A stretch of DNA of 63,967 nucleotides, filler included, from Dimorphilus gyrociliatus (GCA_904063045.1; 4 parts of 4 records of this genome joined end to end with filler, not necessarily neighbours in it); one strand, 5' to 3'. Positions 1-13,500 are shown, numbered from the whole stretch's first letter. Program-made: numbers and translations. Notes: a model not told the origin generated them from the letters alone.

Positions 1-141
1 AACAATTGATAAAAAATGATGGTTTGCCTATATCACTTTATTTGCCCCTATTCCAACAGATTTTAAGTCATGATATATAATGACAATGTTAATTACTGTA
101 ATAATCTTTACAATCTATTCAAATAAATTATATTGTTTTAC

Positions 142-149
142 TATAAATA
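142..149 (+). promoter_or_regulatory. TATA box (TATAAATA) of peptide precursor gene A
   Basis: CTATAAATA 46 nt upstream of ATG 188; an Inr-like CCAGTT lies about 20 nt downstream; the same motif and spacing precede paralog B at 39042-39049. Confidence 0.6.
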
Positions 150-187
150 TCCATGCCACAATCCAGTTTGGCAACCAACTCTTCAAA

Positions 188-577
188 ATGAAAATTTTTG
201 TTGTATCCTTATTTGTGCTATTTGCAATTTACCAAGCTCATGCAAGTGGGTTAATTAGTGATTTGGCTGAAAATCAAATCCCTGATGCTGAAACTGAATC
301 AATTGATTTAAATGAACGTGAAATTGATGAAGAATTGGAAAATGAACTAGCCAAGGTAATACAAACAAAAGCACAATTTTTCACAATTATTTACTTGATT
401 GTTTTAATACAGAGAGGAGTAATGAAATGGATCACCAAACTCTTCAGCAGCAAAAAAGGTATCAGTAAAGCTCAATGTGGACTTTGTGCTGTTGCCCCAG
501 CAACCAAAAGATGCCAAAGAGTCAAAAAATTGTGCCTGATGAAACATAAAATTATCATTCCTTATAGAAAAGTTTGA
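188..577 (+). CDS. Two-exon secreted cationic Cys-peptide precursor A (110 aa; exons 188-355, 413-577); candidate antimicrobial peptide
   Basis: Signal peptide MKIFVVSLFVLFAIYQAHA, acidic propiece, 57-nt GT..AG phase-0 intron 356-412 whose removal creates K|R, then a 53-aa basic peptide GVMKWITKLFSSKKGISKAQCGLCAVAPATKRCQRVKKLCLMKHKIIIPYRKV. AATAAA at 593. Confidence 0.8.
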   Translation: MKIFVVSLFVLFAIYQAHASGLISDLAENQIPDAETESIDLNEREIDEELENELAKVIQTKAQFFTIIYLIVLIQRGVMKWITKLFSSKKGISKAQCGLCAVAPATKRCQRVKKLCLMKHKIIIPYRKV

Positions 578-764
578 ACAATAATATATGTCAATAAAAT
601 TGAGATTTGAATAAATATTATCAAGCATATTAAAAAAAATAGTGTTAAAAATATATTAATTTTTCAAATATTCACTTCTAATTTTTTAAATTTCAACTGC
701 TCCATTTATTAAATATATTTTCATATAAATAAATATATTATAACATTCTTTTCGAATTCTCTTA

Positions 765-1600
765 CTATATAAGGGACAAGTTTCCCCAAAGAAGGGGACA
801 AGTTTTCCCAAAATAAGGACGAGTTTTCCCAGGGACGTTCTTGCATTTAAACAACGAACAATTGTACACTTTGAATAGATTCATTCTAACGTATTCTAAC
901 GAATTGTAATATAAATAGCAGCTTGCATTTGTTTGCAATGTCATATCATCTTCATCATCCTTATTCCAACAATCATATCTTCCATCCTGAAAAGTCCATG
1001 CGGGTCTACATACCCTACCGCAAATGTATTGTTTATCATTCTGACAATAAACGTTAGTTGCATTGAGAGGAAGAGATTCTGAATTAAGAATTCCGTAACA
1101 ATCTTCATCACTCATATCAAAGCAATTTTCTTCAAAATCACAAAATCTTGAACTACTCATACATTGTTTATTCTTGCATAATCTTTCTCTTTGATTGATT
1201 GATTGATTGATTGAATTGTTTTCATTGCATATACTGATTTATTCAAAACTAAACATACACACACTTACCCTACTCCACACTCTCTATATGCTATTATTTA
1301 AATAGAGACAAAAATAAAATGTTACTAGCTCTAAAAGGCCTACAATCTTAAAATTTCAAAATTTCATACAGCAATTGATCTCATCTGATCCGTCTAAGCA
1401 ATCATCTATGTAGTTGCAAACAAGGAAATTTGAAATAGTTTGATTGTTTGTTAAGCATTCATAGTGGAGAGAATTGTCAGTGGGACATTGAGTTTCATCT
1501 TCATTTGAGAGACAGTCTTGAATTCCATCACAAACATAAGCAATATTAATGAATGTACCATGAGTTGTACATAAAAATAATTGATAATTTAGCCTATTTG
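765..1600 (-). pseudogene. LDLa-repeat exons of a truncated GRL101/LGR-like receptor paralog
   Basis: About 1590-1375 reads LFLCTTHGTFINIAYVCDGIQDCLSNEDETQC..YECLTNNQTISNFLVCNYIDDCLDGSDEINC. ORF 765-1160 (CDFEENCFDMSDEDC; CRPAWTFQDGRYDC..SCYLYYNSL) parallels 19153-19491. It runs into a repeat at about 770-840 with no LRR/7TM following. Confidence 0.65.
770..840. repeat. GGAC-N-AGTTTTCCC subterminal repeat of a non-autonomous DNA transposon
   Basis: Tandem aaggacaagtttcccc/ggggacaagttttccc/ggacgagttttcccagggacg; related arrays at about 33150-33210 (same orientation) and 22810-22920 (inverted). Confidence 0.55.
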
Positions 1601-2920
1601 CCTCATGATGATAATTTAAACTTTCACCAAGTAAAACTTCAACTTGAAGAGTTTATTATGAAAAAGAAATTATTTTTGTAAACGTTATTTTTTTTTTCTA
1701 ACTAGAAACCTTTGCTTTGTTTTTTTTGACAAAAAAAATGGTGAAATTTTTGCGACCTTAGGAGACATTGAACGTGAATTGAATCTATTATTTGTACTGA
1801 AATATAACCATCATCATAATCATAATCATAATCATCATTATAATTATCATTCATGAAATTCTATCTAGAAAAGTAATAGCTATACTTGAGAATTTTTTAT
1901 GGATGTACCCCAATCCCAACTCAGTCCTTGACCTTGGTCTATTTTTATCATTATTCCTAAGCCTATCATGTAATGAGTTACCTTTTCAATTTGAAACAAA
2001 CATTTGGTAAATCTTGCTCCATATACTTTAATAGTAGAAATTTTTCATTTCACAAAATAAACCAAATTGTTTAATATCTATCTGAGGTGTTAATGGGCGA
2101 TAAATGAACATAAAGTAACATATATGATCAATTATTATTGGATTGGAAAATTTGTTACAATCAAGAACTGTAAATATTTGAATTTTAGCGGTAAATTTCA
2201 TTTAATCTTTGAAATTAACCTTTTCTATCAGATTTTAAGCATTTGATACTAGTTCTATAGACAAATGCACCCTTTCTACGGAAAAGGAGATAATAGAAGA
2301 TAATAGATTTGGTAAATTTTGAAATAGTTTACATTTCCCTTGTTAAAATACAATGTTCGATGTTTGATGAATTTTGAAAACAAGTAATTTTCCCCAAAAC
2401 ATAATGCCAGTCTGAAATATCGGAAGTTATAACAGAGTTCCATAACTAAATCCAAAGAAGGTACATATCTTTTGTATAGTAATATATGACATTTTTTGTA
2501 CTGTCATGTAGACATTTGCATCATTATACTGAAATTCACCAATAAACTCGTTCGGATGACTATGACTCTCATTTATGTAAATACTCTCCAAGCTTATTAA
2601 ATTATGTAACCTAGATTCTTTATGAATAGAATATTTATCAATGGTTAGCTATTGAAAATTTCTCCATTAATTACTTCTTGGAACATTTTTTTGAAATTCT
2701 GGATTGTAGAACAATAGTCTATTATTCAATGGATTTAAATCACAGCTTATATCATTGTTTAATAGTCTACATTGGTGGAGAGCAGGAAATTTGATCTATA
2801 GAATAAAACATTAAACAACTCAAGCGATATTAAAGGATTATAGAGATTGCATTCAAAAAGGTGAACATATTTTTTCTATAGTGAAAGTACTAAAGGACAG
2901 ACAGCAGCTCCCCCTATTAT

Positions 2921-4538
2921 TCAAAATAGTACCTGATCAAGTTGTGGATGCTCGAAATATTTGGTATAATGAACAGAATATGACATGTTTAATTGTTTAC
3001 ACATGAAAGCTGTTACATATACTCTGTTCTCTTCAGTCAATTTTGCTGTTGGAAAAATTCCATATGTTTTTGATACTGCTAGATAGTTGAACTTTTTAAT
3101 GGGTGGTGGCAAGGGAAATAGACAAAAAGACAAAAATGAAGAAAGTAGCAAAAATATAAAAAAATATCTCTTACAAGAAACATTTTTCTTGAAATACTTT
3201 AAAGTTGTGATGAGAGATCCTCCATTTTCTAATTTATAACTATAACGTAAATTTCTGTCTTAAGTTTGTTGTATATGAATTTTTGAGATGAGGACAACTC
3301 AGTCACCTATTTCCTGAATAGGCTGATTGAAATTTATTAAGATGAGTTGTTTATATTATATAAACTCTTCAAAACAGATTTAATCATCGTTCAAGTGAAC
3401 TGATCAAATTCAACCAGCTCAGAAATCTGGGTCAGGTTGTCCTTATCATTGAAAACTCTATTTTTTAAGGCTGACAGGAAACAATTTTTGATTATATTAT
3501 CGCCACAGTTAAGGTAAACCATGTCAACTTTTTCAACTAGATTTTTATAATAGATGAAAGAGTATAGTGGATCATATCCAAATTCTCCACAAAATTGACT
3601 CAATTGCAAAGGAGACTGGTAACCGTATTTCAAAAACCAGGATTCAGTATCTTCATAGTCATTTGAATCAATCATCTTTATTTCTCCTATAATTGATTCT
3701 TTCTCTTCTAAGATATTAGTTAGTTGAAATTTTGCTTGTTCAAAATTTATTGATGCTTGAAAGACACATAATATAATTATACATTTCTTAATACATCAAT
3801 TGTTAAGGACATTACCATTTCTTATTTTGCTACAAGCTGGGCTGGCAACATAGAATTTAACTTCATGAAGAGTTGAAGTTAGTTGACAATCTGTAATTTT
3901 AACACTTTTCCTCTTTTGACAATTGCTAATAAAATGTGTGACGTCATTGGCCCATCTCTTCTCGCATTTATGTTTAACTGCAAATTTTGATACTGCATCA
4001 CAGATCATTTTGCAGGCTAGAGACAATTCTATTTCGTTAGCGAAAGCGGGTGCAATAATACCATATGATTTTGATTTGAGTGTAAATGGTGGAACAGACA
4101 AACCAAACATTCTTAAATAGGGATAAAAAGCTCCATTAACAGAATTATTAATAATTAAAATGTCTGTTGAATTAAAAAGAAATTTGAGAAATTTTTGAAA
4201 ATTTTCATAGATTTAATTATCTTGAATTAGGATTTACCTTTAAAATCCTGAAAAGTACAAATGAAATATCTAGTTGAAACATTCCTTTCAATTTCAACAA
4301 GTTTAAAGCTGTTTGATTGTTTGTTTGAGATGAATTCAATTCCATTATTTTCTATTTTTAATGATGTTATACTACAACAAATAAATTTGCTTTGGTTGCA
4401 TATTGCCTTTGATAGGAAAGAATTTTTAATAATGGCGAAATTCTTTTCATTTTTCCTTAAAAACAATCGATAAGCATTGTTTTCCACTTGTGTTGCGAAA
4501 TAATCTATATTAAAAATGTATTGGTAACATAAATCCAT
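2921..4538 (-). CDS. Probable exons of an unidentified protein downstream of an RNI-type LRR segment
   Basis: Co-oriented ORFs 4227-4538, 3796-4110, 3391-3675 and 2921-3151; no family recognised. Confidence 0.3.
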
Positions 4539-4559
4539 ATTTAAATATACTAATTTCGG

Positions 4560-5150
4560 ATTTTGTTGATCAATGCCCAGAGTTTTTTTGCTTCTCTACC
4601 AACTAAACCTTAATTTTAGACCTACCCAATCGTAAATCAATTCAACACCAGACAAAAAATTATGGGCATTTTTCAACAGCCTATTTGAAATTGAAGAAAT
4701 TTCAACACTAAATCAATCTGTTCAATTTTATGACAATTAATTAAAAAATTGCCAATTCCTCTAGCCATATTTCCATTTAAAAGACAGCCTTTAAAATGAA
4801 TTTCTACCAGAGTAGGAATACAACTATTGAGTCCTTTCAAAATAGTTAATAAACTCTCTTTTAAATCTTTTTCAAGGAAAAGTCACCTTTTTGTAAAGAG
4901 GAGCACTCCTTTAGTAAATCTCCAACACTCTTGCTGTTATTTCCATTCAGATTGCAATTGCAAAAGTCTATAGCTTTAAGTTGAATTGATGATGTTAAAA
5001 GCGCTTGGCAAATTTTGGGTAAAAAATGTCCAACAGCAGGATTCCAACCTAAGTGAATTTTTTCAATTTTTGAACAGTGAATAAGAAGACTTGATAGGGT
5101 TTTGTAGTTATTCTCGCTAGAAAGAGTGTATTGGAGAGAAGCTTGGTAGC
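4560..5150 (-). pseudogene. Ribonuclease-inhibitor-type LRR repeats (NLR-like), frameshifted
   Basis: Minus strand reads LSSLLIHCSKIEKIHLGWNPAVGHFLPKICQALLTSSIQLKAIDFCNCNLNGNNSKSVGDLLKECSSLQK, frameshift, then LTILKGLNSCIPTLVEIHFKGCLLNGNMARGIGNFL: alternating 28/29-aa repeats. Confidence 0.7.
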
Positions 5151-5219
5151 TGGTGGGTTAGGGTTAGGGTTAAACATATAAAGACTTTTGAAGAGGTACA
5201 TGATTTTTATCATCTAAAA

Positions 5220-5500
5220 GTTGTTATAAAAGGTTTTAATGCAGCTGAACGAAATGTTTGTGAAGAGAATTGTCTTCCATTTCCAAACTGTGCTGGTTAT
5301 ATAATACATGAGAGTAGGTGTAAATATTTCATTTCTGGTTATAAAAGCTACAGTACAAGTAAGCACTTGCTGAAAAATATAAATGTTCAGCTGGAAATGG
5401 TATTGCAATGAAGGAAACTGCAAATGTTTTAGACTGTAAAAATGAATGCAACAAGTTAGATAATTGTGTTGGATTCTCATTCAATAATCCTGGCCTAAAC
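5220..5500 (+). pseudogene. PAN/Apple-like domain pair, frameshifted
   Basis: NVCEENCLPFPNCAGYIIHESRCKY, then in another frame ANVLDCKNECNKLDNCVGFSFNN (C-x3-C-x5-C-x-G-F/Y pattern). Confidence 0.5.
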
Positions 5501-6279
5501 TCTAACCCTTTAAATTTTGCAACACAATCATTTTAATCATTTGGGTACCACGTTGCTGGCGTCGAACAAGTTCAAGATCATGCATAAAATCTGTATATTA
5601 ACTAATTCATTTATCTTCTCATTCTCATCTTTCTCTTTAGAATTGGATGAGTATGAATTCGGTATCCAATCAACACATACTGTTGTCTAAGTGAAAGACA
5701 ATTTTATCATTTTGAATTTTCAAGCTAGAGGCGAAAGGAATAACCAATCAACGATTGGTTGTCAATCTCTAACTCTTTGGCAATAATTTAAAGGGAAATG
5801 AAACAGTGAAGATGTATACAATACAATTCAGAATAAGGAGAATTATCGATTCAGAACGTTATGTTCCGTTATGCTTAAACGAATTGAAATTTTTACAATC
5901 TTCATCATAATCTATAGGCATTTATTAAAAAAATATTTTCTTACATCTTATTTAGACACGTGATCTTCTTTTTAAACCGTGTACCACAAATCAACACTAA
6001 AAAATGTATTTATTCTTTGTTTTAATAAATGGCTTCTGTTTTGTGTTCAACTTTATTGTTCATAATAAAAAAGAACTTGAAATATTCTCTTATTCCTTAT
6101 TCAACTGCTGAATGCAAAAAATTCAATGTCTAGTATTCATGTAAATCTATAAAAATTTCTATCTATCTGTCTGTTGATGATGTAATAACATCGGTATGTA
6201 GAGAGACACTAGTATTCTCAATAGACAGTTTTCATATGATGTTGTTTGGAAGATGAGATACTTGAAAAAGAAAAAATTA

Positions 6280-7588
6280 TTAGGTACGATCAAAAAGTTT
6301 CAAAGTATGTGTTTTTTTTCATTAGAAATGTTTGATGAAATGTATTAATTTTTGTGTATGTTATAGCCTATAGTCTACTCTACAAATGTTAATAATTCAA
6401 TTTTTAATAGTCCCCTCCTTTCTCTATGCAAGCGTGCCATTTGCTAGGAAGTAGATTAAGGCCATTCTGGTAAAAGGAGGTTAGTTTTCTCCTTATAAAA
6501 TCTTTTACATCTTTTTTTAATTGCTCCAAATTTTGGTATCCTCTGATATGGTCCTTCAATCTTCCAAAAAGATAATAGTCAGAGGGAGCCAAATCAGGGC
6601 TGTATGCTGGGTGAGGGCACAATGACCACCCTTGGTCTCTTATGAAATCTGTTGTGTAGAGACTTGTATGTGGTCTTGCATTATCATGCTGCAATATTAT
6701 TTGTTTTCCAGGTCTAATTCTATGTAATCTCTTCCTTAGTCTCTTTAGGGTCTCAACATATTGTATTGAGTTAACTACCTTACCATACTCCATGAATTCT
6801 ATGTGGATTAAACCTGAACAGTCCCAAAAAACTGAGCACATTAGTTTTTCAGCTGACTTAGTCAGTTTAAGCTTCTTTTCAAGTGGAGATGAGGTGTGCT
6901 TATATGTCAAAGAAGACCTTTTAGATTCTGGATCATACAGGTGTACCCAGGTTTCAATTTTTTCTAAAAAGTCTTTTCCTTCTGCTGTGTATCTTTGGAG
7001 TAGCTCTGTATAATGACTCACCCTTATCTGCTTCTGGTCCATATTGAGAGCATAAGGAATCCATTTTGCACAGATCTTTCTGTACCCCAGCTCCTTTATA
7101 ATTTTTCCTACAGCCTCTTGACAAATTTCTAATTTTTTGGCAATTGCTGTCTGAGAAATGGTCTGACCTTCTCTGATAAGCCAGTCAATTGTTTCTCTGC
7201 TCTGACTTGTTACAGCTGTCCTTGGATGACCAGATCTTGGCAAGTCTTCAAAATTTTTTCTTCCTTTTTTATGTCAGATACCTACCTTCTTATGGAACAT
7301 TCACTCAGAGTTGCATCCCCTCAATAGCTTTTTAACCGCTTATAAATTTGTTTAGGAGAGACCTTCTCATTCACTAAAAATGCAATGATTTGTCATTGAT
7401 CAGAACATGTGCACATGACTTGCAGTTGCTTACACCAAAATAAATTTGTAATGGCTCAACAGAATTGAATGAAAGTTTGCACGATGAAAGTTTACTAATT
7501 TACTAAGATATTTGGAAAGTATCAATGATAGTAGTCGAGCTGTTTTAAAATTACAGCACATAGTTTGAAACTTTTCGATCGTACCTAA
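6280..7588 (-). mobile_element. Complete but inactive mariner (DD34D) transposon, 1309 bp
   Basis: 32-bp TIRs TTAGGTACGATC(A/G)AAAAGTTTCAAA(G/C)TATGTG at 6280-6311 and 7557-7588 (2 mismatches); TA target duplication at 6278-79 and 7589-90. Confidence 0.95.
6404..7420 (-). pseudogene. Mariner transposase, disrupted
   Basis: KWIP, QHDNARPH and YSPDLAPSDY motifs present. The first catalytic Asp segment is missing (FLEKI-ETWV instead of I-VTGDETW); the N-terminal HTH region (7243-7420) has stops and a frameshift. Confidence 0.9.
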
Positions 7589-7869
7589 TATATAAACTGA
7601 TAAATGCTTAAAGATGATTGACTTTCTCATATATAATTTGACCATTTGAATGGCTGTAAGAATGAATAGGCTGTTTTATTGGATTATGATACTCTTTGCA
7701 AATTGCTGTAATTCACAATAAGATAAATATAAACATGTGAATATTGCTTACAAACAATTTTCAAAGATGTCATCAATGCTATCTACAACTTTTGATTATT
7801 TAGCTGTTAATGGAAGATTTCAACCTGTTTATGTTAATTATAAAAGTTGTAGTCATACTCAAACTACAG

Positions 7870-8379
7870 GAAACATCATGGTTTCTTATTCAATTTGAGA
7901 GATCTTATATTATTGGAACCATAAGAATTGTAAACAGGGCAACATCACTGGAAAAACTGGATAATTTAATTGTTGGCACCAAATTATCAAGAGATATTTC
8001 AACAATAGATGTCAATCAATTCAAAACGTTTTTTTTCCTTAACAATACTGTTGATTCCGCTCGTTCTAAAGCAATAAATTAGAATGACACACTGCATTAC
8101 GCAAGTACAGTTATTTTTTATAGAAAGATACATGACGTGTTAAATCTATGTCAAATTGAAATATGGTGTTTGCCAAATATTGCTAAAAATAAACAAGCAA
8201 CCGGAAGTAGTCATCATCCAAGCATATCAAATCATGCAGTCACGCTTGATGGCGAAGTTAATTGGACATTTGGCAAAAGTGGTATAATGTGTGTTCATAC
8301 ATCATATACTGCTAACCAAAATAAGAATTATGTATATATTTTCACTAATAAACCTACTAAAACAACAATTAAAATGTGA
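7870..8379 (+). CDS. Tandem F-type lectin (fucolectin/F5/8-like) domain exons
   Basis: SWFLIQFERSYIIGTIRIVNRA..EKLDNLIVG, LCQIEIW, then NIAKNKQATGSS..HAVTLDG..MCVHT match the FTP fold pattern (W-x-V-D-L..I-x-N-R; LCEVEV; N-x-A..A-x-D-G..C-x-H-T). Confidence 0.55.
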
Positions 8380-9347
8380 ATCTCATTTTTAACACTTATG
8401 TTTATCATTTCCTATATTAAAATAGGCCCTTGGCCGTTTTCTACAGGTCCCGAAATTTCCTTATCTCCTCTGCTAATAGTAAGACTAATCTGGCTTTGAT
8501 AGATGGAGAATTTAAGATTATCATAATTATTTTCATAAATAAAATTCTAACTTTTTCTATAAAAATTGAATGATTTTCAACAACTATAATAGAGATCTCT
8601 ACCCGTTTTCTATAAAATACATAGTATATACAATTTGAATTATTTAGAATGAGACTGTAAGAGTTTGCCTCTTGACCTAATTTCTAATATTTAATCTTTT
8701 ATTGATGCTCAATACTGTTGCCAAAGTAAAGAATTTAGTGTAAAAATTCAAATATTTGTATGGGGTTTATTAATTTCTAAGCAAAGAGTCTCCTTTAATA
8801 CAATGTTGTGTACAAGTTGTTTTTCTTCAAATTGATCAATTGTTGAATAAATATTCCAATTGATTGTATATCATTCATTTGAAAATGAAAAGTAAGAACT
8901 GAGTATCTTTTCCAATAGACATAAAATTTTTTTCTCTCTGTCTAATAGAAAAAACAAATAGTGTTTGTTTTTCATGATTGAAATTATCTTTAAAATACAT
9001 GATAAGAAATATTTTCAACTCTTAGATATCCTCTAAATGACAAATTTTGTTTGTGTAAGAAACAGCAGGCAGTACAAACATGCTTAATACATTTTAGAAA
9101 ATTGGAATTTTTTAAAATATAATAATCAATAGGCCATCCGGAAGTAGAACTATAGAATTGCAGACAACTAATATGATTATTGTCGTATTCATTCATAAAT
9201 GAAGCAACTGATTAGGGAAAATGTTTCAGCAATGATTTCTACAGGAAAATGAAATTTGATGTACTTGCCACTTTCACCAATATATTGTTGAATCTTTTCT
9301 CTTTTCATTTTTCCTAAGAATAATACAATTGCATAATTAGGAAGAGA

Positions 9348-10520
9348 CTAAATGATAGAAATTTTCAACCCCCTATTCACCAGCATCTCAATCATCCTTT
9401 TATATTTAATGATTAAAGATGATATTGAAAATATAAATGGATTTAAAACACAATTAATTGGTATGAAGAATACAACAAGTATAATTTTCATATTATTATT
9501 AATCTTTAATTCAGTGATTGTTGATAGAATCACTGCAAAACAAATGATTTTTTTTAATATTGAAATTACCATATTCTAAATATATTCAAACCTAATATAG
9601 ACAGTGGAAACCAGCATATAACATTTGTGACTATTGTTACAATGAATGTTTTACTTATCTTTTTCTTATTTGAAGAATAATTCAATTTCAATGATTTTAA
9701 AATAATTCTCAATAAATCAATATTTAAAATCAGAATTATTAAGCTTGTTAAGAATGGAAAAACACCAAAACAAATCATTGAGAATAGCCATCCTTGAGTT
9801 TTTTTACCACCAATTTGAATGTTAAAACATATTGAGTATTGAGAAAAGAAATTCTAGAAAGAGGAGAATGTTTTTTTGAAAATAATCAACTTTTTGAATA
9901 GAAGACAAACTTTATGTAAATAGAGTGGTATTAAATTTAATAGAAAAGCTACTATTACAGTGAAACTGGAAATGAGATGAGAGAATTTTGATAAAAATGA
10001 TACTTTAAATGGATTTTTCATTGTTAAAATTCTTTCAAATGTCATAAAGAGTAGGCTAAAATTTGATATAAGTAATCCACTTGTCATAATACTTCCGCAA
10101 AATTTACATATAGGACTATTTTGCCAATAATTTCTATTTTCTAAATAATTATCATGATAATACGAGTCAACTATTGAGATTATTAGGAGAAATGCGGATG
10201 TTAGCAAATCTCCAATGGTTAGACTACATCTATAAAATTTTCCTTTCATCTCCGAAGAGAAGATAATGATTAAGGATGAAAAATTCGCAAAAATTCCAAT
10301 TATTCCGTATCCATAGAACAATACTTTTAGTAGAAGAGAACTCAATATATCTGAACAGGAATTGAACAGAGAACTTTCAGGTTGACATATAACATTTTTA
10401 CTGGCAAATTTCCAAATTAAACAACAGAAATGGAAATTTGATCATTCGAACAATGAAAACTATTCAAACATTGAAATTGCCGTACAGTAGGAGAATAGAA
10501 GACAGTTTGAGTTCTATTCA
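9348..10520 (-). CDS. 7TM region of an LGR/GRL101-type (relaxin-receptor-like) GPCR
   Basis: Hinge HFCCLIW..VICQPESSLFNSCSDILSS, then GDLLTS, FMTFERI, CWFPLSI, IPINCVLNPFIF. GT-AG introns 9910-9854 (57 nt) and 9591-9533 (59 nt) restore frame. One apparent 1-nt frameshift just upstream of the hinge (about 10435). Confidence 0.85.
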
Positions 10521-10567
10521 ATTCTATTTAAAAGTAATAATTTCATAATTAATGATTTATTACAAAG

Positions 10568-13500
10568 TTAATAAGGAAATTTACTGAAAACTTGTTGACA
10601 AACAAAGAAATCTTTAAACTCGTTGTCGCAACAATGAGAATCAATCACTAAATGATTCTTTTGAATTGATAGGCTAAATGTTAATTCATTTGCCATAACG
10701 TTCTGCTCATCTTTAAGAATTTGAATTCCATGGCTTTGCTGTACTTTGGTTTCTCTACGAATTTTATTCAAAAATAGGTAAGAGAGTGGATAATTTCCGG
10801 CGGAAATGAACTGTTGAGTATGTTGTATTGTCTTCAGTTGTCCAGCTGAATTGTTATTAGAAAATTATTAATCGACATTATACACGGATGACTGACTGAC
10901 TGTTTTTCTATGGTCATTGAGCGAAAATAGGCATTAAATAGAGTAAATACTAATCACATTAAGGTTTAGTGCCAAAGGATAACAACAAATTAAGCCTACT
11001 TTCGAATAATGACAAGAAGTAACAGTATAAGTTAAGCCTATATATCTTTTCCAATTGAATCTGATATGGTTAAGTAGGATAATTAGAATTTTAGCAATTA
11101 TCTATATCAGCTGTTTTTTTTACAAGTTAAATTGTTTGTGTAACATTTCAACCAACTGTTCAAATTACTGTTGTTGTTCAATTCTTCACCATAGATTGGA
11201 ATAAATGAACAATTCGACATATTTTCATTCTGCAAACATAACAATCTAATGAAATTCTTTGAAATAACTCGAACACTTTTCGTATTTGTCATTGAAATCC
11301 CTTTATCAAATCTGAATTTTGAACATATTCCATTTGGTTTCGAGTATTCAACATCTACATTTAGCCATATTTTTTGTAGTAATATTTGAAAATTCCCTTC
11401 AAAACTTGGCATAAAATACACATCATTCAAGCTTATACTGTTCCTTGAATTGGCTATTCTAATTTCGAATTGTTGTTCTATAGAAAACAAAACATTCTAT
11501 TAATAGGTTAGTAGTGCTTGAAAGGGAGAAAATCCTCCATTTTGATAATATGTGTTTGGGATGGTAGATTGGGGATAGATAAAGACTTGAACAGGAAAAG
11601 AGGATTGGCAAAAAAAAAAGAAAAACCCCAAAAAATGGAGAATTTTCAATGATATATCCATAAACAAATTTACTCTTATAACAATCCACTTTTGGATAAA
11701 CCAAGTGTAATTTGTCCTCTTGAAACCTTGAAATATTTTGTGTATAGGCAATATAACAGTTGTTAATACCACCATTATCAATCCTCTCTTTGCCACAGCC
11801 ACTCAAAAAGTACAACTTTCTCTATTGGAATATTTGAATTGTTAATAATGGATCTAATTGAAATATTCTTACTCTAACCAATCCCAACAATTTAACATCT
11901 GCAATTTCAACTTTCTTCTTTAATGGAAAATATGGTCCAGATTTATTCAATAATTGAAAACATATGAAAACTGGTAGAGGAACAGAATGATTTTTTTAAA
12001 TTTCTACGAAAATTTACTCTAATAGTTTTGGTGTTATTTCTTAAATAAATTCCATATATTTCCAGATCAATTTGAGCTGCAAAAAAATCTGGAAAATATG
12101 AAAAAATTTTAATTTATTTCTTTCATAATTTTTGAATGACATACATATTTTGCTTTTGAGAAAGCAGATAAGATTAAATCCTCCTCTTATTCTATCAATT
12201 CTCTTCTCTCTGTGAAGTGTTTGTTTGTTTGTCACTTGTGTAAAATCTATATTTTATTAGTTAATTCTATATACAATTTAAATTCAAAATCATTCATTGT
12301 CATGACAACATAGGATTTAGTTTTAAATATATAAAATGACGGTGAACTAATTGAATGAAGATAGTCAAATCCAAATTGATTGCATAAAGAATTTTGAGAT
12401 TGGATTTCCAAAGGGTTGTATTCAATTTGTTCAATTGATTTCAAAGATGTTGAATAAGTGAATAAAAGACCTTCAATTCTATGTGTTTCTTTATGAATTG
12501 TTAAAAAAAACAATTGTAAATCGTTTCCATGTTGTTTCCCTAAACGAAAAGTTTAATTTTGTTTTTTTAAAAAGAAAAGTAATAATAAACAAAAACCTTC
12601 CCCCCTTCTGCAATCTAATTTCGGAGTAACAATTTGATTGTTTATCGACACACTTTTTCACTTTTACTTAGGAATATTTCAGTAAGTGAACAATTGAAAA
12701 ATTTTACAGCTTCTGCAGCATTCTTGCAATTTTTTAGAATATAAGCCTATATATATATATATGAATAGTTTATTTATAAACACTATTTAAATAGGCATAC
12801 GCTGTCAAACAATTCATATGTTTTGATATTTCCATCATATACCCGCTGTCTGTATACAACACTGTTCAATTGGCGATTTAATAGAGGACAAAATACTACA
12901 GATGGTGCAATGTATTCTAAATCATTGGTGTGATAAAATGGTGGAAGATAACCATAAGATTTTGAAAATAGATAATATTCAGGTACCACTTTGAAAAAAT
13001 GAAACACACTTGAGAGTAATTGAGTAGTTTCATTCAACGTTTCATGAACTGTTACATCTATAAATAGACTTTTTTAAATACCAGATTTTGAATTCTTAAC
13101 ATTTTTGTAGGTAATGTTAACCAAAAAACATGTGGATTATTACTGAATGTTGGTCATTTTACCTTGAAGTTGATTGAATTCGCACAGAGCATTTTTTTCG
13201 TTTGTGTCATCATTGTTATTTGAATATGGAATAAAATTGAAATCATTTAAATAGGTTACTAATATTTTTGGATTTGAAATTTCTATATGATAAGAAGAAA
13301 ACAGTAGAAATTCCGATTGACTGCAGAGTTTTTCTTTTAAATCAACATTAAAAATTAATCTATAATTAATCACTTTTTGCCTGAGTAGTAGCATAAATAA
13401 ATTCACTTTTACTTCTTTAGCAAATATATCTGTTTGTTTGTTTGTTTGTCACATTTAAAAAGATTATGGAAATTTTATTTATACATGTCTGTTTTCTAGG

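Noticed and set aside
80-577. 165-aa unspliced ORF as the real protein
   Set aside because: The TATA box lies inside its 5' part, the signal peptide starts at ATG 188, and the paralog has a stop-containing intron at the equivalent position.
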